A DNA stretch of 64,000 nt from Octopus bimaculoides (taxonomy: Eukaryota), in assembly GCF_001194135.2 (NCBI RefSeq), contig NC_068984.1:128231865-128295864 (forward strand). Direction: 5' to 3'. Of the stretch, positions 38,401 through 53,089 are shown in pieces; positions within the stretch are counted from its first letter, which is position 1; each line of letters opens with the position of its first letter. Under the pieces are notes generated by a model. The model did no database searches. It saw nothing but the letters and a program-made list of their open reading frames with translations, and was not told the DNA's origin. The position numbers were made by a program, and so were the translations under genes.

Positions 38401-41400
38401 TGGCTCTGGGCTGACTAAAGCTTTCTGAGTGGGTTATGTAGATGGAAACTGAAAGAAGTCTTGTGTGTATGTGTGCATGTGTGTTACTGTCTTCTTGCCT
38501 TGACATTATGTAATAGTCGTAAACGAGTATCACTGTCATGCAGGCTGTGTCCCCCATTTCCAATCTTCTATGAAAACATGTCTGGTCACAAGGAATATAT
38601 TACTCTACTGGGAAACAGGTGAGGGTTGATGACAGGAAGAGCATCTGAATGTAGAAAATCTGCTTCAGTAAATTCTCTTAGACCCATAAGGGCGAGGAAA
38701 AATAGATGCTAAGTTGATGATGATAATCAGGATGATGATGATGATGGTGATATGTTATATATATTTAATTGATAATGAAAGAACTGAATGTTTACTTTAT
38801 AAAATTGCAAGATAATGTTGTAATACAAACCTTTCTGAGCTTTCAAAACAGCATTCTGGTCTTTCAACTGCTGGATTTGTTGCTTTGTTTCTTCAAATTC
38901 TTCTTTATTTAAATTACTTTGAGACTTATATCCTTTCAATTCTTTCCTTAAATCATTCAATTGTATATCCTGAAAGATATAAAACATTGTAATTATTTTT
39001 TTACAAATATAAAATATTTAACAGAACAAAATATTTACAATTTACATATAGAAAATCCCAACAGTTAAAAAGTATTCAAAGTGCAGTCCTTATAACAGTT
39101 AATAATGTACCCTAGCAGCAAGTACTTGACATTATCCAATTTCATATAAAACAAACAAACTACACTAATGAATAAAAATATTTTTTTCTTTCTACATTGA
39201 ATTTGATTTTTTCTTTTATTTATTAGAGAATGGTTTTTGTAATTTTTGAGTCTTTTTTTTTTTCCAAATAAAATGGCACTTTGAAAGATTTAATACAGTA
39301 TGTCCAGAACCAAATTAAGACCAGCTTTAGGTGTTAACAAAACTTTAATCTTGAAAGGGCAGCTTTAATTAAAAAAAATATTAATGTAGGTGCAGACATG
39401 GCTGTGTGGTTAAGAAGTTTGCTTTCCAACTATCTGTTTTCAAGTTCAAACCCAATGTATTGCACCTTGGGCAAGCATTTTCTACTGTCTCACCAGGCCG
39501 ACTAAAGCCTTGTGTGTGGATCTGGTAGATAGAAACTGATAAAAGCCTGTTGTATATGTATATGCATGAATGTATGTTTGTGTGGATGTATGTGCGTCTG
39601 TATCTTGATATTGCACAGTAATTGTAAATGAGTATCACTGTCATACAAGCAGTGTCATTCACTTCCAATATTCTGCAAAAACATTTCTGTCTATGGGGAA
39701 ATATTGCCCCTAGTTTGGACACAAGTGACAGTCGGCAACAGGAAGGGCATTAGGCAATAGAAAATGTTCCTCAATAAACTCTGTCTAAACCATGATGCAG
39801 GCATCAAAATGTGGGCATTAAAACAATGATGATGATAGAATTACTATTAAGTAGGCTGCTTCCTACTTAATCTTATTGCGGATAATAGTTATATATTAGT
39901 TGAATAAGAACACATTACTCACTTGCTCTCTAATCAATTCTTTGTATTGAATCACAATACTACTGTGTTCATGTATACTAGCAGAGAGACCAGTCTTCCC
40001 TTTGTTGTCAGACACAGATACTGCTCTTAAAACTTCATCTGAAATAGAAGACAATACCAGTAAAACAATGAAGATTTTTATCAATCTCACAAGACAGAAT
40101 TAACCCTTAAGCTGTGATTTATATATTTTCCCTACATTTACTTCTCAATAAAATATTATAATTGCAGAAATAAAGATATATATATCAAGCACCAACTTTA
40201 CAGACACTGATGGTCCAGAATCTCTTATAATCTAAACTAATCTATAGGTACCTGTATTTCATTTAATTATTTTAATTAATTAATATGTTTAATTTAGAGT
40301 GTGTTGACCAAGGTGACCATTCCTGGTTAGGAAAAATCACTAATCTGGAAAGGCTTTGAAATGAAAGGTTCTGGAAAATCAATGTTGTCAACCATAAAAA
40401 TAAATGGTACAAAGTATTGATGAAGACATGAAAACCTTTCTATGATGGATGATTATAATGGCAATAAATCCATTCCTGATATATGATATATACTGGATCA
40501 TGGATTCATTATACTTTGTAACACAGCTTAGATAAAATGTTTTCTAGAAAATGCTTTGAACATTTAAGGAGGTGCTTCCATTTTATGGATACATCAACAA
40601 ATCCCCACAAAACAACCATGGACATGATAAATTTGTTTTTCTGAGATATATATTGGAATAATTTTTGAAGGAGTTTGTAACCCACAAATGGAAGTTTCTG
40701 TTGGTTGAACAATAATTACTTATAAATACAATTTTGAATTTAAACAATATATTCCATACAAAAACCCATCACAAAGAAGTATCACATCTTATGGTTTTTA
40801 CTTCTTTGTTTTTCCCAGTAGAGATTTGAAAATCATTTTACTTCATTATGTGAATCAGTATAAACTAAAACTTATGAATTTAATGGAACCTGTATATTAT
40901 TTAGGTATATTATCACAAACTTATTGTGATATGGTAAAGCTAAGATTAATGAAATATAATTATAAATGAGTTTGTCATTGTAAATCTAAAGAACTTACTT
41001 TCCAACGATTTGAATAGACGGGTGAACTCATAGTCAAAGATCACTTCATTTGGATGTTTGTAATTAAGGTGAGCTTTCTTTGCTGCTTTTGTGTAACTTT
41101 CATGCTTTGTCACCTGAGATAGTTTATCAATAAATGTTTCCATCCCAATACGGTTAGCAATGATTTTGCACAAAGAATCCCTGTAATAGAAAACACACAC
41201 ACATTACTATATCAACTGACAATACTACCAGTAATACAGCTTATGGTTACCCTTCTTTCTGTTTCTGTTTGCTAAGATCTTCTGAAGATGATATATTTAA
41301 TATTTTCAATATTGATAGACTATGATGACAATGTGGTAGTGGTGATCAAGCAAAATTTGAATATTTCTTTTCAAAGGTCATTAATTCAATACATGAAAGT

Positions 41401-44400
41401 AAGTTCATTATCACTTCTATATCTGGATTCTAAATAAAAAAGATCCTACTAATTTCCAATATAGTTTATGAAGAGAGACCAAAAGTTGGTAAAGGTTAAC
41501 AAAAAGTAAGAGGAAGGCGGTGACCTGGAAGAAACGTTAGTATGCCAGGTAAAATGCTTAGCGGTATTTCGCCTGCCTTTACGTTCCGAGTTCAAATTCC
41601 ACCGAGGTTGACTTTGTCTTTCATCCTTTCAGGTTCAATAAATTAAGTACCAGTTACACACTAGGGTCGATGTAATTGACTTAACCCCTTTATCTGTCCT
41701 TGTTTGTCCCCTCTATGTTTAGCCCCTTGTGGGCAATAAAGAAATAAGAAAGTCAGAGGAAGGGATTTACAAACCACAGAAATATAAAGAAAGATACTTA
41801 TTAAACTTAAATATTTATGGTGTTTAATACATCCTACACATGACAATGCTTGATTTCAGCAAGAACATCTATTGATAAAACTGTGTCTAAAATTATGATA
41901 CTGAACTCTGTAATATATCGATGGTTGCTAACTGTGTATCATCATTTCACCATCAAGGGACCAATGGTAGCATACTATTAGTTCCACTAGTATGCACTTT
42001 TCATACATTCTTAGTGCCCTGGGCAAGCCATTATACAGCATCTAGTGGTGAAGCTCCAGCTTGGGAATTCAGGAGAAGTTTTAGGGAGTATTCTAACCAA
42101 GTATTCTAGGTCTATTCTAACCAAGGGGGGTAGTCGAGGACCCTAGTTTTGGGTCAAATAGCAGATGATGGTCTAGTGTCTAAAACATACATGGTCTGGA
42201 AGGGAGCTGGCCTCTAGACATGTGATGCATGTTAGTATATGAACACAGATACACAAGTGATACTGTCCCCCCAGTATCACTTGATAACTGATGTTGGTGT
42301 GTTTACGTCCCTGTAACTTAGCGGTTCGGCAAGAGAGTTCGATAAAATAAGTACTAGGCTTACAAAGAATAAATCCTGGGGTCGATTTGTGTGACCAAAG
42401 GCGGTGCTCCAGGATGGCCACAGTCAAATGACTGAAACAAATAGAAGAATAAAGGAATATATTTAAATATACATCAAGTTACATACTTGTTAAAAGTTTC
42501 GTTTTGGTCATCATTGAAAAGTACACTGATCCCCAAAAGAAAAGCACAGAGGCCTTGGACAAGTTGTTCTAGTTCTTCTCCTTCAGATGCTGAAATCTGA
42601 GCAATCAGCTTAAATAGCAGTTAAGGTGAATTATAAAATACATTTATGATGAAGTGAATTTAGATGCCTATGGTTGTAGTCAGATTTGAACTTGTGGTCA
42701 TGTAGTCAGCTGTCTAGTATCTTAACCTAACACAAACACATACATGCATACAGACAAGCACATGCTGTGAGAATTGTTTTGTTTTAAAACTCCAGTTAAT
42801 AAAATACAAGATTATCACAATTTCAAGTCTCAATAAATATCTGGTAAACATTACACATAAAATGTGATGTTACTTAGACAAAAATAATTAATAATTAACT
42901 TCAAATGTGTAGTAGCATATAATTCTTTGCCTCATTAAATTAGGAGACAATATATATCTCTATACATGTTACAACTGATATTATATGCAAATTTTGTATT
43001 GTTTGTAAAGTATGAGCACATCCAAGTAATTGCTCAAATTTCTTCAATCAAAAATTTTGATCTCAGCTTGAAAACCTTGTGTGCACAAATTTTTTTACTT
43101 TTGTGCATTAGTTGTAAAATGAGTGCATGCATACAAGTGCACAGCTTAGAGGAAAAACTAATTATATGGCGTATAGTGTAGTATCATTTGCAAAAATGTT
43201 TGCAAGGCACCAGCAGGCCTCAAGTGACACATTCATGTCCATAGAAAATAATTAACACTTTATTTTACTGAACCCTCTTTTGTTGTCCACGATAAGAGAA
43301 TCCATTATATATATATATATATATATATACATCATCATTTAATGTCTATTGTCCATACTGGCATGGGTTGGACGGTTTGACCAGGGCTGGTAAGCTGGAA
43401 GCCTGCACCAGACTCCAGTCTGATTTGGCATGGTTTCTGTGGTTGGATGCTCTTCCTAATGCCAACCACTCCGAGAGTGTAATGCCTGCTTTTACATGCC
43501 ACTGGCACAGGTGCCATTTGTGTGATACCAGTATCTGCTATGATTGCAATTCTACTTGGCTTGATGGGTCTTCTCAAGCACAACATAATGCCAAAGGTCG
43601 CGGTCATTGCCTTCATGAGGCTCAACACTCAAAAGGAGCTCAGCCACTTTGCCTCTGTGAGGCCCAATGCTCAAAAGGTGCTTTTAACGTGCCAGTTACA
43701 TGACATCAGCATCAGCCATGACTATGACTTCACTTAGCTTGACAGGTCTTCTCAAGCACAGTATATCACCAAAGGTCTCAGTCACTTGTCATCACCTCTG
43801 TGAGGCCCAAAGTTTGAAGATCATGCTTCACCAACTTGTCCTACGTCTTCTTGGGTCTACCTCTAGCATAGATTCCCTCCACAGAGATTGGCACTTCTTT
43901 ACACAGTTGTCTTCATCCATACACATCACATGACCATACCAATGCAGTCATCTCTCTTGCACACCACATCTGATGCCTCTTATGCCCAACTTTTCTCCCA
44001 AGATGCTTACACTCTGTCGAACATGCACACTGACATTGCACATCCAGCAAAGCATACTGGCTTTATTTCTTTCAAGCCTATGCATGTCCTTGGCTGTCAC
44101 AGCCCATGTTTCCCTGCCATAAAGCCACAGGCATCATACAATCTTTCTTTCACTCTGAGAGAGAGGCCCTTTGTTGCCAGCAGAGGCAGGAGCTCTCTGA
44201 ACTTTGCCCAGCCTAATCTTATTCTCACAGCTACGCTCTTTGAGCATCAACCTCCACTACTAACTTGGTCACCTAGATAACAGAAGCTATCTACTACCTC
44301 TAGCTCAAGGTCATCAGTATAGAGGAGCTCCCAGGGGCAGCCTGTCTTAAATTCCTCTGTTATTGGCTGGAGGACTATGACGAACGAGAGAGAACTGAGG

Positions 44401-45590
44401 ACCAATCCTTGGTGAGACCTTACTTGTACCCTGAATTCTTCGCTGTACTCGCTGCCAACCCTCACCTTACTGGTAGCATCCCTGTACATGGCTTGTACAG
44501 CTCTCACCGACCACTCGTCTATCCCTAATTTCCACATTAACCACCAGATAAGGGATTGTGGGGACCCTGTCAAAGGCTTTATCCAAGTCAACAAAAGCCA
44601 AATACAGAGATTTATCTTTAGCTATGTATTTCTCCTGCAGCTTCCTTACTAGAAATATAGCATCGGTGGTACTTCTCCTTGGCACAAAACCAAGCTGCAT
44701 CTCATCTAGACTAACTCTCACCCTAATTAGTTTGACTATGACTCTCTTCATAAGTTTCATCAACTGATCCAACAATTTGATACCTCTGTAATTTCACACA
44801 CACACACATTAAAACAAAGACTGTATGTATGCATGATACTTTTACATACATTTGGTCTAAGTAACTTGGAATTATCAGGGTATATTCAATTAGTTGATGC
44901 AAGTTTCATAAAAGGATACATAAGGCACATTAGCTGTATTGCAAAGAAAATGAGTAACAGCAATAGAACAGTCAGATAACCAGCCACACAGTAACATTAA
45001 AAGTCCAATGCGTGTCTGAATTTTTCCACCCTGAAAATACACAAATTTAACAATGATATTTTAACAATGTAGACAGTTTGATAATAATAATTATGCATTA
45101 AACATATATTCATTTACATTGCCAAGTCATTATATATAATGTTATGAACAGTCTCAATCTTTCACCATGTCTTTCTGTTAATCATTTCCCAAATGTGAAA
45201 TATCAGAAAGGAATCCTTTGGTGTTAGTAGTTTTGATTTTCGTTTCAGTTCATCACTTTTATCACACTTGTTACAACAGACACTGTTGTCACTAGTAGAG
45301 ATATACTGTCACTACAGAGTCAGAATGCCGTCATCACTGATACAGTACACTGTCATTGAAAACACTATCATTGTTTGAAATGGATATCATAACAATATCT
45401 TTTATATCAAACATAAAAGACAAAATACTTTTCTGTTTATATGGATCAGAAGAAATTTGTGAAGGCAGATTTTCTACAGCCAGATACCTTTCCTGTTGCT
45501 AACCCACACCTGTCTCCAAGTAAGATAATAGTTACCCATGACCAGACATGATTTAACAGAAGACTGGAAAGGAAGAACTCTGGTTACATG

Positions 45591-45627
<37 letters not shown>

Positions 45628-48600
45628 GTATATGTATANNNNNNNNNNNNNNNNNNNNNNNNNNNNNNNNNNNNNNNNNNNNNNNNNNNNNNNNNNNNNN
45701 NNNNNNNNNNNNNNNNNNNNNNNNNNNNNNNNNNNNNNNNNNNNATATATATATATATATATCATCATCATCATCATCGTTTAACGTCCGCTTTCCATGC
45801 TAGCATGGGTTGGACGATTTGACTGAGGACTGGTGAAACCGGATGGCAACACCATATATATAATTTCATTCAGCTTCTGTCAATCAAATCCACTCACAAG
45901 GCATTGGTCAGCCCAAGAGCTATAGTTCTACGAAGTGGGACTGAACCTGAAACCATGTGGTTGAGAAACAAACTTCTTACAGTGCAGCCATGCCTGTGCC
46001 TACATAAATATTTCTGATTTATTTTTTCATTGAAAATCGATAGTTCTTGATTTCTCTTGGAACCATAAGTTCTTGTGAGTTGAAACACTGGTCTCAATCA
46101 TCAAAAATGTACAATAATTAGGATGTGTAATTGATAAAATACAATGCATCCCTCCTCCTTGTCATTATTGTCATCCTCATCCTCCATTTCCTAAACAGTA
46201 GTCTTTATTATGCAAGAGAAATTTTGCACTCAGCACTGATCAATCTGTTATGGCTATTGATGCCTATTCATAGCAAGATCAGCAGCTTCATTAAATCTAC
46301 ATCTGACAAGATCATTATTAACTTGTAAAAAGTATGTCTTTCACAGAGATCCTCTAAAAATGATAATGCTCTGTTATTTGCTTTTTGTGATTCAAAAGTG
46401 TGGCCAGTGGTATATTTGTGGCCAGTGGTACATTTGTGGCCAGTGGTATATTTGCCAGCATCAGAGAACAAATTCCTTACAACTTTTAATTCAATGTCTG
46501 AGTCAAAGTTTATCATTCAAATAACAATTATGTTTCTTGAATAAAATTTAGGTAGTTAACCAAATTACATTGCATGTTTATATAAATATCTTCAATACAA
46601 CGTAGAAATGAGAGAAAAGTTTTCAAATTTTGTTCAACTTACTTGTGCCAACATGTTACAGCATTGTTGTAACAAAGATACTGGTGGATTACCAAGACTT
46701 GTAGCCAACTGTACTCTAAGTAATTGTTCTCGTTGTGTATTGTTCTCTAAAATGGCATGCAGGAGAGCAACTGAAGCAAACCAGTTTGATAATGAGTCGC
46801 CACTGAACAAGCCACCACACAGAAGCTGTCCAGCTGTGATGGTATTCACTGAAATAAACAGAAAATGAAAGTGATTAAGAATCTGGCCACAAACACATTG
46901 AATATCAATAGTTATACAGTTGTCATGTCAGTTGGGTAAAGGTATTAGTTGCGATATTCTGTAGTAATTACACACCACTATACAGAAATCATATAGTTTA
47001 CTGGACCCATCAACCAGTTTAGAATATAATACAAACTATTTACAAGATGTTGACTTAATATGAAATAAACTTCCTCTCCATTTTAACGTACTCAAACACA
47101 CCATAAATTACTTTTCTTCCATACATTGTCTTTTTATAGTTTAACAATAAAGAATAAATTATCTTGTAATTTACAGATACACAAGAGCAAACACTCCTGT
47201 TACTTTCATCTGTCAAACTACTTTTATCTGACAAACTAAAAGGGTAAGTTGTAGAGCTATATTTGAAGTAGAACACAGTGTTATTTTATAACACATGCAT
47301 TCTCACTTTAATAAAAGAGATTTCTAGAAATAATATACTATCCCAAACTGCAGAGATATGGTATAGTTAAAAAGGAAGATACATTGTAACTCTCATTTAG
47401 AAGTTGTTTGAATAATATAACACTGTGAAGCAGTCATATAATGTAACATCTTTTAGTAGACATATGTAATTGTTATATAAACAAATATTGATCTGTTATA
47501 ACATGGCAATGAAGATAACTATCAAGACTTGTAGACAGTCTCTGTATTGTTTACATATTGAAGGATCGAATAGCAAATTACATGATAAAAGTAAAGGTTG
47601 AACAAAATATAACTAAAAATCTGAAATATAGTGGTGCAATTGGGGTACAGTGTCTGAATTGTAGGATGGAGGTATTAGTGTGGGATAATAACATAATACA
47701 CTAATAATACACTACAGTTTTAGTGAAGGGGGAAAACAACAAGAATAAATAAAAGGCTATAAAATTGGGAGAATGGAAGTCTTTCTTTACAAAACATAAA
47801 GAAATAAAAAGGATAAAGTAGGAAATAAAATTATAAAACAAGTGGTCAGTAAACATGACTGAGAGATGCGGATGTTGGTGCCAAAAGGTCATCGGGTGGA
47901 AACATGGAGACAAAATTCAACATATGAATGTAAAATACCGTGATTGCTTCTCTCACCATCAGCAGTTGTGGGTAGAAGTGTTTGCACAATCTGAGATTGG
48001 CCAACTTCATTCTTGAATAAGAAAGACTGGAAGCAGTAGAGAACAGCACATCGTAGGACAAAAGGTTGTTTTTCATTCACCATAGACATCAACAGAACCA
48101 CAATGGCAGGTCTATAATAGTATAGAAAATAAAAAACATTTTATGTATTAACTCTAATTTAGATATCTAAAATATAATAATAAACTTGGTAAGTTTCAAT
48201 AAGTGCTCATTTACAAATTACAACAGAATTCAATACGACAGGCAAAACAAAGTTAAAGAGTAGAATTTTCCACTACTGGACCGAAACAGTAAAAATTACA
48301 TAGATCAATGGCAATTGAAAACACAGTAGTCAGATATAAAATCAAATGTTCAATAAAAGCAATGAAAGTTACCTAGGTGGTTTTGATGGTGCCATCACAG
48401 ATGCAAAAAACTCTTGGTTGGCTAAGTTTCCTCGAATTATTTCAGACACAGTATTAATGGTCTGGAAAAAATAAATGTTATTTTAGTATCATAACAAATA
48501 AAAAAATTTATAGTGTATCTAATTTATAAACTCATGAATATATTTAAATATTCACATTACAACATTTGAAGTAGTCTAAAATTATAGTACAGGGTGTCCA

Positions 48601-50052
48601 CAAAGTTTGGGTACATAGGGATTAATACATACTTTAAGAAATTATTATGTTATGATTTTATTTACTCCATGTACCCAGACTTTGTAGACACCCTGTAGAC
48701 TATAAAGAAATAAAATGGATGCTAATATGAGGATATAAACAGTTGCAAACAACTGTAATTAAAAGAGAAAATTCCTACTATTGCTTTGGAATTTAGTTTC
48801 TCAAATAGTCACAGAATCAAATAAATATTTAGTTAAACACAGTTGAAAATGTTACAATTAGTAAAATAATTAACCACACTTTCAGTGAATAAATAAAGTA
48901 AGGATGGTATTAAGGATATTTTAGACCATACCGCTGTTAGGACATCTGCCGGAACACCACTGGCCATTAGTATAGTACATAACTGCTTCAACAAATCTGA
49001 AATCACAGAAACAAATATGTAAAATAAGGAAAACAGTATCTACAACAAGAAATTATATGCATGTTTGTGTGCATGTGTGTATTCATGTATGTACATATGT
49101 ATATACACAAACATGTATGTATGTATGTATATATGTATGTATGCATGCATATAAGAATTATTATGTCAATTCCAAATATTTCAATAAAGTTCTCATATAT
49201 CCTTATAACAATCATAAGATAGCAGGAGTATTTCTACCCATACATCCACATATGCTAACATTGAATTTTAATATAGTTTCTATATTTTAAATTAGGATCC
49301 ACACTGATATTCAATATCCCACCCATCTGGCATATCTAATGTCCATGCAACCTTATAAATACAGTAAATCCCTCTTTCTACCCAATAGTTGTAAACAACC
49401 TAAGTCAAACCTCAGAGTAGACTGTCTATTTTTGATATAATATATGTATAAAACATTACAAATGCTAGGTCTCTCAATTTCTGATGATCTCTCAGTCACC
49501 TACCATATATAATAGTGGCAAAACTGCACCTAAAAGTCTATTACATTGATCTCAATGTTCAACTGGTATTTCTTTTATTGACCCTGAAAGGGTGAAAGAT
49601 AAAGCTGACCTTGGTGGAATTTGAACTCAGAATGTAAAGACAGATGAAACACTGCTAAGCATTTTGCCCAGCTTACTAACGATAAAAGAAAATAACAATA
49701 ATAAGTTAACTTACTGCAGGAGTTCATAACTTTCTGACAAGCTGCTGTTTGATTGAGTGGGTTGTTAGGAGAGACGAGGGTTCGGACTAGCTATAGAACA
49801 GGAAAGAATGGACATATTAGCATGCACAAGTACCATTATTATAAAGACACCAGTGAATTGACAAAATGGATTCAAAATAGTTTAGCGAATTGGGAGAGAG
49901 AGTGCATTTTGATCAAAGCAAACTGCTGTTTGGACAAAAGGAGTAATATATATTAGATAAGGTGACAGAGACAAATTGAGATAATCTTGGTTAATATATG
50001 GTTTAACCAAGTAATGCTAATCTGATGTTCCCAGTCTCAAGGTCAGAATAAC

Positions 50053-50091
<39 letters not shown>

Positions 50092-50986
50092 ACTATGCCA
50101 AATCAGATTGGAGTCTGGTGCAGCTCCCCAGCTGGCCAGTTCTGGTCAAACTGTCCAACCCATGCCAGCATAGACAACACACGTTAAATGATGGTGGTGA
50201 TGATGATGATACACATACATATCTCCTCATATATAACAATAACATTCTACTTTTGAACTGTTATGCCAGTATTTGAATTTTAAATGAGTGTATATACATA
50301 TATACAAACATATAGGTCTTATCTAAATATGCATAAACATACATAGCTTCTATACTGAAGGACTGAGACAACACTTTTGTGATTGTAATATATACATGTG
50401 ACAACTCTAAATGGTTGACTTGAGGTAGGCTTTATATTTGCTTTCACAGCTCATTGCATGCAATCTTGTGATTTCCTCATTTTTATTTTTACCTGTTGGA
50501 TCTGGAAGAAGAGGCAATAATCATGGCCTTTGCTGGCCCTGCTATATTGTTGAGATTAATACCTTTAATACTTCTCTTGACACTTTGTAAGTCAACACCA
50601 GCATGAGAAAAGAAGGAATCCCAGAAGGACAGTGTTCTCAGAAGGAAAGATTGGGTTTAGTGTTTAATGCAGATCCTGAGTTGGGGTGGAGACAACAAGA
50701 GTAATGACTGGAAGAGAGATGAGTGGCATGGAAATGCTTGAGTGGAGGTGTTATGAGCTTAATTAGCTCTGAGAAGTAGAGGCGATTATAGCAGCAATAG
50801 AAATAGCTGAGAAAGAGATTATAGTGGATTATACTGATGATGCAGTTCATACAATTTATATTCTCAGACATTCTCTAAACAATACCAACCCACTCAACAT
50901 CATCAGAGGCAATGAAACTGGAGAGTGGTGCCAAAATCAGCCACTTCAAGTCAAAAGCTGACAATGGGGGCACTCTGCAGCATAAG

Positions 50987-51042
<56 letters not shown>

Positions 51043-51650
51043 NNNNNNNNNNNNNNNNNNNNNNNNNNNNNNNNNNNNNNNNNNNNNNNNNNNNNNNNNN
51101 NNNNNNNNNNNNNNNNNNNNNNNNNNNNNNNNNNNNNNNNNNNNNNNNNNNNNNNNNNNNNNNNNNNNNNNNNNNNNNNNNNNNNNNNNNNNNNNNNNNN
51201 NNNNNNNNNNNNNNNNNNNNNNNNNNNNNNNNNNNNNNNNNNNNNNNNNNNNNNNNNNNNNNNNNNNNNNNNNNNNNNNNNNNNNNNNNNNNNNNNNNNN
51301 NNNNNNNNNNNNNNNNNNNNNNNNNNNNNNNNNNNNNNNNNNNNNNNNNNNNNNNNNNNNNNNNNNNNNNNNNNNNNNNNNNNNNNNNNNNNNNNNNNTA
51401 TATATATATATATATAATCATCATCATCATCATTTAATGTCTGCTTTCCATGCTAGCATATCTGGATGGTTGTACATTTACAGATTTTTATTAATCTGGA
51501 GAATCTACAAGAATAGATGCAAGCGCTAATTTATAAAAACATGTGACATATTAATAAAAATCTGTAAATGTACAACCATCCAGATATCTGAGTACCTTAT
51601 TACCTTATTATTTTTTCTAATATATAATTCCTGTACATCACCTCCAAACC

Positions 51651-51697
<47 letters not shown>

Positions 51698-53044
51698 TTA
51701 TATGTTGTGGTTTAATCCTTGGTTAGCTCTGATCCAACAGATCTATGATCAACAGCATTTCACATGTGGCTCTCTCTGATCTTTTTTCAGGTATAATATA
51801 TCTGAGAATAGGTTGTTATATGTTGTCTTTCTCTTTTAATATGATATGGTGTGATGAGGGAGATTTGGGTGCTATTTCTAGCAAGTCAAATGACCATGTA
51901 GTAAACAATGTTCTTTACTTATCATAGACTATTTTACTGTATGATGCGTAGGTAAAAGGTAGTCATTAATGGAGGAGACTGAAAAAGATGTATGAAGAAG
52001 TAGTGAAGTTATACTGAGATGATTGTCGGTATACTGTATAGCAAACATTTCCAACCCACTGCAGTAAGGAAAAACAGATGCTGGTAATGACATGAGAAAA
52101 GAAAAATAAATGTTAAAAAAATAAAAGTACAATTTAATTTATTATTTACAACAAGCATGTGTATTTACTGTTTCCAAATTCAGGTAAAAAAAAAAAAAAA
52201 TCAGTCAACAAGAACATACAGAGAAACAACAATAATTCTCTATCAATACTATACTTAGCACTGTAGCCATTAGCTATATGCTCTATCACCTTAAATGATG
52301 CTTTAAAGCTAAGTCCATTATAAGAGTTAACTCCAAACACTAGCCTTTATTTGTTTGCTGTGGAAATGTTGGTTGTAGAAACTGTAACAAATGAAGTTAG
52401 ATTTTATTAGTATTTTGTTGCATCACAGGAAGTTCATTATGCCAATAAACACCTGCATAAGTTCTATTTCACTTCTTTATTTAACCAATTAACTAATTGA
52501 TTGTTTAATTAATTGCTCAGGCAATCAATCAATTCGCTAGGTTTGTTAAAATCCTTTTGTTGCTATTCATGACCTTATCAATGACATGCCCTCCCTACTC
52601 CGGGTCTGCCTGTCTCCTTGATGGTGATGAATGATGATGAAAACACTCTGACAGACTTAGCTGACTGAGTGATCAAACAATTAATCAAACAATCAATTAG
52701 TTAATTAGTTAACCAACTGATAAATAAATAAATAATAAAGAAGTTAAAGAGAACCAGTGTATGTGTTTATTATTGGCATAATGACTATCTCAAGATACAG
52801 CAAAATATGTTTGAACACATGAGTTTACATCAAGAATCTTACAAACCATTTACAAAAATGAAATATCATTATTAGTATTTTTAATTGTATGGCACATTTC
52901 TTTAAATAAGAGAGAAAGAGAGAGAGAAAGAGAGGTGGGTGTAACAGAATTTACCTAGTTCAAGACTGACACAACAGAAACATAATCAAATGATATACTG
53001 AATCTTATTGAACATGAAAATTTGAACAATAAAAAACTATTAGA

Positions 53045-53089
<45 letters not shown>

